Shown here: positions 10,656-16,005 of the stretch, piece after piece
Numbering within the stretch: the first letter of the stretch is position 1
How the letters are laid out: each line of letters starts with the position of its first letter
Assembly (NCBI RefSeq): GCF_006345805.1
Contig: NW_021825231.1
Location: 1-16,005 of the forward strand
From: Octopus sinensis
Lineage: Eukaryota
Direction: 5' to 3'
Length of the DNA: 16,005 bases
Made by a program: the position numbers and the translations under genes
Notes under the pieces: model-generated
Told to the model about the DNA's origin: nothing
The model's database searches: none
Seen by the model: the letters and a program-made list of their open reading frames with translations, nothing else

Positions 10656-10888
10656 TATTTATTTATTACCCACAAGGGGCTAAACATAGAGTGGACAAAC
10701 AAGGACAGACATAGGTATTAAGTCGATTACATCGACTCCAGTGCGTAACTGGTACTTATTTAATCGACCCCGAAAGGATGAAAGGCAAAGTTGACCTCGG
10801 CGGAATTTGAACTCAGAACGCAACGGCAGACGAAATACGGCTACGCATTTCGCCCGGCGTGCTAACGATTCTGCCAGCTCGCCACCTT
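10656..10888 (-). mobile_element. Full-length tRNA-derived SINE (family 1, Tx1-like tail type 1) with a 15-bp TSD
   Basis: Pol III A box TGGCAGAATCGTT (10876-10864) and B box GAGTTCAAATTCC (10814-10802). Perfect flanking direct repeat TAATTGGTGAAAACC at 10641-10655 and 10889-10903. Confidence 0.95.
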
Positions 10889-10965
10889 TAATTGGTGAAA
10901 ACCGTTTATCTGAACTCCATGACATTCTTCGGCGCACATATGAACGTGTGATATTCTACTCGTTT

Positions 10966-11184
10966 AAGGCGGCACACTGGCTGAATCGTTAGCACGTCGG
11001 AGAAAATGCTTTGCGTCCGCCTGTACAGTTAAAGTTCAAATTCCGCAGAAGTCTACTTATTTTTATTCGTCCTTGCGAGATCGATAAAATAAGTACCAGC
11101 TGAGTACCAGAATCGATATAATCGACTTACCCCCTCCACTTTCGAATTTGCTGGCCTTGCGCCTAAATTTGAAAACAATATTAT
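10966..11184 (+). mobile_element. Decayed tRNA-derived SINE (family 1, tail type 2)
   Basis: AAGGCGGC..TGGCTGAATCGTTAGCACG (A box)..AAGTTCAAATTCC (B box)..GATCGATAAAATAAGTACCAG..ATCGATATAATCGACTTA, then tail CCCCCTCC..ATTTGCTGGCCTTGCGCCTAAATTTGAAA. Confidence 0.88.
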
Positions 11185-11359
11185 CCCCGACTTGACGGAA
11201 ATATGGTATAAGCGGGAAGAGGATTCCACGAGTTGCACCTCATCATTCGGACGACACAAAGTGTTTGCTATGACTGCTTGACCAGAGTTAACTGGAGCTT
11301 ACGACAGCAACAACAGCAACCAACACAACCAACAAACTAAGGCGATACCAGCTGTCTAA

Positions 11360-11570
11360 GGAGACCAAGTCTACGTAGTCGCTTGGACTGCGAGAAATGG
11401 CAGTCAAATCTCATTCAAAATCACATAAATCGTTTTAGAAACATGAACGCTTTGATGATATGGTCCGAGGTATACTCAGGAAAACACGAGTAAAAAATAC
11501 AAGATGGTCACGGATTGCACGATTTTGATCGGAGGCGTGATCGATCAAGGATGCGTTGCGGCTAAATGAC
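11360..11570. mobile_element. Old interspersed repeat fragment, related to 9750-9930
   Basis: Shares the two blocks listed for 9750-9930; highly diverged. Confidence 0.4.
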
Positions 11571-11629
11571 CACAGTAATAGTACAAACTCTACTGTTATT
11601 ACAACCTATAAACACAACACCAACACCGC

Positions 11630-11980
11630 CATTCTAATTGGCAGAATAAGACCCATCCAGCCAACCACCGCCACCACCACCACCACCACCAACAACACCG
11701 TCTCCACCGACACCGACTTTACCACCATCATCACCACTAGTATCACAGGCACAAACATGACATTACTAACACCAACTTTACCACGACAAGCAGACCACCA
11801 CCGCCGCCGCCGCCACCGCCGCCACCACCGCCGCCACCACCGCCACCACCACCACCACCGCCGCCACCACCACCACTACCGCCACCACCACCAACACCAC
11901 CACCAACACCACCAACACCACCGCCGCCGCCGCCACCGCCACCACCACCACCACCAACAACACAACCACCGCCGCCGCCG

Positions 11981-12011
<31 letters not shown>

Positions 12012-12140
12012 CACCACCACCACCGCCGCCACCACCGCCGCCACCACCAACACCACCACCACCAACACCACCACCACCGCCGCCGCCACCACCGTCACCA
12101 CCACCACCACCAACACCCTCGCCGCCGCCGCCATAACCAC
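11630..12140. repeat. (CCA/CCG/CAA)n trinucleotide tract
   Basis: Directly visible; source of the His/Arg-rich ORF 11556-12188. Confidence 0.9.
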
Positions 12141-12469
12141 CAATCTTTTAACCGTTCATCCAACCGTTTGTCTCTGCTTTCACTGTAACAGCTTCTATAA
12201 TAATGACACATGAGCTATCTGCTGTATCTTGATGGAATGACGCTAACTTAGGAGGACACACAGACAGCCACATATAATTTAATTAATGAACAAATTCGTT
12301 AATTAACATGATCTCTCGATGTCGCTACTGTTGTTCTTGACATTGTTAATGTTGTCGTTTTTGTTGTAGTGGTTGAGGTGGTGGTGGGAGTGGTGGTGAT
12401 TTCTGTGGGTAGTGCTGGGAGTGTTTGGTGTGGCTGTTATAAGAATATCTGTGCGGCTGTAACCGACAC

Positions 12470-12737
<268 letters not shown>

Positions 12738-12872
12738 CAACCATGTGGTTTGTAGTTCGCTCTTACTGCGTAACACTTTGAGGAAGGACATTTTACAATT
12801 GTCCGAATTGAACTGTTTTTCTGTCTGTCCGTGTAAATGTATTTATCCACGTATATGCATGTGTGTATGTTA

Positions 12873-13209
12873 GTATATATTGGAGCTTCCTGCAGGGTCG
12901 CAAGAGAGAAGATGGTTGTTATGACTTTTCCCACACGAGGCTCGCGATAGGGAGTTCCCTGCTCAGTCGGGATGGAGGGTGCTTATCACTATTGAAATTA
13001 GAGGAAGAGAGCGAAGGGTGGGGAGAGACAGCTGATGAAGCCTCTCGTTGGCTATGGAGCAAGAGAGAGGAGTTCAGCTGGAAGGCAGAGGGGAGATGAT
13101 GTGCAGTGATTTCACCACATCCGCTGACCCACCACTGGGACGGTGTTATGGTTCAGGGTCACAACACCCGGTGAACCTTTGATACCGTCTGATTACGTCT
13201 TTTCCTCCT
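12873..13209 (+). mobile_element. HERO-like (restriction-like endonuclease) non-LTR retrotransposon, 3' fragment
   Basis: Frame from 12901 gives QERRWLL*LFPHEARDREFPAQSGWRVLITIEIRGRERRVG; after a frameshift, ETADEASRWLWSKREEFSWKAEGR* (stop ends 13099). This matches the recalled HERO C-terminal pattern GW..W.FPVEVGCRGFPAQS.W..L...G.RGRER..A.RAS.WLW.KRE..W. About 110 bp of 3' UTR follow. Confidence 0.7.
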
Positions 13210-13348
13210 ATCTATATTTATAACGTGTATGCTAATAACACCTAGAAGAAGGTACTTTCTCCACTCACAGACGTGAATGGAGCTTTGGTCAGGAGGAAAA
13301 GACGTAATCAGACGGTATCAAACGTTCACCGGGTGTTGTGACCCTGAA
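13152..13348. repeat. 58-bp inverted repeat (13152-13209 / 13291-13348), 57/58 identical, 81-bp spacer
   Basis: TTCAGGGTCACAACACCCGGTGAACCTTTGATACCGTCTGATTACGTCTTTTCCTCCT and its reverse complement, with one mismatch. Confidence 0.97.
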
Positions 13349-13349
13349 A

Positions 13350-13444
13350 AATATATACATATGTATATATATGTATATATATATCTAATATATATATATA
13401 TATATTACATATACATACATACCTAACACACACACACACACATA

Positions 13445-13475
<31 letters not shown>

Positions 13476-13582
13476 CAACATACATATATACACACGCACA
13501 CACACACCACACACACACATATAATATATATATATATATATATATACATGCACATACAACTATAATCTATATGTATATATAT
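13350..13582. repeat. (TA)n/(CA)n array
   Basis: Directly visible. Confidence 0.9.
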
Positions 13583-13583
13583 A

Positions 13584-13973
13584 CTAGCAGTATCACCCGG
13601 TGTTGCTTGGGTTTGTTTCGACCCTTTAGAATTGGAATTTTTGATAAGTAAAAATTTTGCATTATGCAACTTGTTATTCTCTTCAAGTGAACGTTTTTTC
13701 CAGTTGAAATACATCGAAAACTGGTGACACAGCAGTCAAAAGTCGTAAAAAAATAGGGATTGTCATAGAAAAAAACACCTTTTTGATGTAAATAATTTTT
13801 AGTGTTAACATGGTCCGATTTGAATTTTATCTTCTACCGAATGAAGAGCAAGCCTTCTTCTATCATACTCTCAATTTTGGTCAACTTGCGCTGCAGGGTC
13901 TCGAAGGAGATAGTGTTAGTTGAAGACTACCAAACCTGCCACACACAGACAACTTCAGCTTTATATATATAGA
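13584..13973 (-). mobile_element. Non-autonomous Helitron, 390 bp
   Basis: Minus strand reads A|TCTATATATAAAGCTG...CCCAAGCAACACCGGG-TGATACTG-CTAG|T: 5' TC, subterminal hairpin (13596-13611, imperfect), 3' CTAG, inserted in an AT site, no TSD. These are the canonical Helitron hallmarks. Confidence 0.85.
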
Positions 13974-13974
13974 T

Positions 13975-14081
13975 TTGCTACACACTACTTTCCATCCTTA
14001 ATAATGAAACTTGGTAGATCCAAAAGTTAAACACACAGACACACACAAAGACACACAAGTTGAGTTTTATATATATATAGA
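13975..14081 (-). mobile_element. Second Helitron-type 5' terminus with no 3' end of its own
   Basis: A|TCTATATATATATAAAACTCAACTTGTGTGTC.. parallels the 5' end at 13973. Confidence 0.6.
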
Positions 14082-14612
14082 TTTCTCAACGGGGATTTCA
14101 GGAGAGAGTTTCAGGGAGTCGCTGGTGATGTATCGTGATGATCAAAAAATCCAGCCTGCTAAAATTTGCTTAAAGTGATTTAAACTGCAGACTCAAAGCA
14201 AAATGTTCACATTTAATTCAAAGGCTTAAAAATGTTATGAAAACAATTGGTATGTGTTCACAAAGTCCAAACGATTAATACGAAAAAGCCCTCCAGGCTA
14301 CATCCCGAAAATTCATTTCTTTGCCGAATTTCTACAATGTTTACGGCGATTCGTTTTCATATCTTGATTTTTTATTTTTCATGCAATTTACGCATGCTTG
14401 CACGCATGGTGAACACAGTTCACGTCAAACAGCTGACTGAGTAAAGTTCACTATTCAATGCATGGGATAAGGCCTAAACAAACACATTATCGTTTTGCAC
14501 TTGCGAGATGAATTTTGGAACAGAAATAGCGCAGTTCAATTTTCATTCGCCTAAACTTTTTAAAAGGACATCGTACTCATTGTTTCTTTTTCTTTTTCAG
14601 TATAATGAAAAT

Positions 14613-14940
14613 TCATTCAAATTCAAGAGTTCTTTTCTTATCAGAACGATCAGAGTGAGTCTTCCGAGCTGCCGTACCTTCGTAATCACCATTAGACTCG
14701 TCCAACTTGACACCCAAACACTCTGAAATGTTTGCCTTAGAGCTTCAGACGGAGATGCCAAGCAGTGCAGCTTGTCCTTTCCAAATTTCTAGTAGAGTGA
14801 ATTGCGTCATGGTGCTGTTTTTCTCACATTCGGTGCCCAACTTAACCTACTATACTGTGTAGTCGACAAATTCAAAAACAAGCAATACGCTTGCGCGAAA
14901 TTAAAGATATAAAATAGCGACAATTTTACCCATCACGCTC
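14613..14940 (-). pseudogene. Tc1/mariner superfamily DD37D (maT) transposon 5' end with transposase N-terminal relic
   Basis: ATG at 14810: MTQFTLLEIWKGQAALLGISV*SSKANISECLGVKLDESNGDYEGTAARKTHSDRSDKKRTLEFE*. This matches the recalled maT N-terminus (..ISE.LGV[NLRTVQRIR]K.L.ESNGDYE.TAARK.H.DRSDKKRT.EF) with a small deletion in the HTH. Decayed left-end sequence GAGCGTGATGGGTAAAATTGTCGCTATTTT at 14940-14911. Confidence 0.75.
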
Positions 14941-15049
14941 TCTCTCTTTCTCTCTCTCTCTCTCTGTATATATATATATATATATATATAATTTTACTCT
15001 TCTATTCTTCTATCAATAAACGAAACTGCCAGAAAATTAACGATATGAC

Positions 15050-15280
15050 GTCACAACCTTACAACAAAGAACACCACAACCACCACCGCACCCACCACAA
15101 TCCCTCCTAGAGTCATCACCACCAACACCATCACAACTGTCTGTACCACCAACACCACCACCACCGACAAGAACAACCACCACTGCCTCCACCGACAGCA
15201 ACTACAGCCCACCACCACCACCGATACAACCACCACTGCTACCACCACCACCACCACCGCCACCACCACCAACCACTTGC
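15050..15280. repeat. (CCA/CAA)n tract
   Basis: Directly visible. Confidence 0.85.
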
Positions 15281-15394
15281 CTCTAATTTAGGGAGACATT
15301 ACATCGTCATGCTTCACGGCTAATTAAGAATTTTGCTGATTATTATTACAATTATTATCTTATTATCGATATTTATCGATAACTTTCTAAATCG

Positions 15395-15570
15395 TGGTGG
15401 AAAACCAGAAACTAGCGGGCGCCAATTAGCAAAATGTGTACGTCGTGGTGTGTCAGTCCGTCATCTGGCGTTCAGAGTTCAAATATCGAGCAAGGATTAC
15501 CTAACAGAGCTTTGTAGTAAACAACGCTATTGTTACTCAAATTTGGTAGACGGGAATTTGTTGTGGGGAC
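15395..15570 (+). mobile_element. Possible highly decayed SINE head
   Basis: B-box-like GCGTTCAGAGTTCAAATATC (15468-15487), and ATTTGGTAGACGGGAA, which resembles the GATGAACGGAAACTG segment of the family-2 SINE. Confidence 0.3.
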
Positions 15571-15635
<65 letters not shown>

Positions 15636-15718
15636 ATATATAGATATATATGTATAATATATCTAGTATATATATAGATATATATATATATATAGATATA
15701 TATATATTATATATATAT

Positions 15719-15752
<34 letters not shown>

Positions 15753-15770
15753 AGTATATATATATATATA
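15570..15770. repeat. (TACA)n(TA)n array
   Basis: Directly visible. Confidence 0.95.
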
Positions 15771-16005
15771 GGTTTAATCGGTAGTGAGGAGCTTCCTTAC
15801 TATCTACGTGATTCCGGGTTCAAACTCACTGCGCGGCAACCTGGGGAAAGTGTCTTCTATAGCCTCGATCCGACCCAGACCTCGTGATTTCATTCGATGA
15901 ACGGAAACTGAAAGAAGCCTGTCGTATATATCTGTGTGTGTGTGTGTATGTTTGTGTGTCTGTGTTTGTCCCCCCACCATCCCCTGACAACCAATACTCG
16001 TGTGT
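15771..16005 (+). mobile_element. tRNA-derived SINE family 2, running off the window
   Basis: B box GGTTCAAACTC at 15817-15827, then ACCTGGGGAAAGTGTCTT (resembling the CCTTGGGCAAGT start of CORE-type SINE bodies), ACGGAAACTGAAAGAAGCCTGTCG and an internal (TG)n. Recalled as an abundant octopus SINE. Confidence 0.75.

Noticed and set aside
10802-10888. tRNA gene
   Set aside because: A and B boxes are present, but they continue into a multicopy SINE body with a TSD; no complete cloverleaf is evident.
11556-12188. 210-aa His/Arg/Gln-rich ORF, superficially like a histidine-rich structural protein
   Set aside because: Generated by a (CCN/CAA)n tract that cannot contain stops; starts at TTG; no splice or domain support.
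13028-13062. Hammerhead-like CTGATGA followed by stem AGCC-TCTCGTT-GGCT
   Set aside because: The required GAAA after stem II is missing (ATGG instead), and the sequence is explained as coding for ADEASRWLW.
13154-13346. CAGGG...CCCTG termini suggesting a hAT-type MITE
   Set aside because: No 8-bp, TA or TTAA TSD, and the left arm is continuous with the HERO UTR.
13325-13605. 12/13 match between TCACCGGGTGTTG in the inverted-repeat arm and TCACCCGGTGTTG at the Helitron 3' end
   Set aside because: Too short, with no extension on either side; probably chance.

Overview
A eukaryotic, extremely microsatellite-rich window with no intact host gene. The interspersed repeats match, from memory and not from a database search, families typical of octopus (coleoid cephalopod) genomes. 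Almost all long ORFs in the supplied track are simple-repeat translation artefacts. The real content is decayed mobile DNA. (1) Three minus-strand fragments of a Tx1/L1-clade non-LTR retrotransposon (4339-7340), each bounded on both sides by (GATA)n-type arrays and ending in (TCTA)n rather than poly(A). (2) Five copies of one tRNA-derived SINE carrying two different 3' tails; the tail of the two least-decayed copies matches the last ~40 nt of that Tx1 LINE (34/42 and 32/38 ungapped). (3) A HERO-type restriction-like-endonuclease retrotransposon 3' end whose last 58 bp recur inverted 81 bp away. (4) A 390-bp non-autonomous Helitron with a second 5' end. (5) A DD37D/maT transposase N-terminal relic. 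(6) A second SINE family at the right edge. The most interesting hypothesis is a (GATA)n-targeting Tx1 LINE with a partner SINE that borrowed its 3' end; novelty cannot be confirmed without Repbase/Dfam searches.
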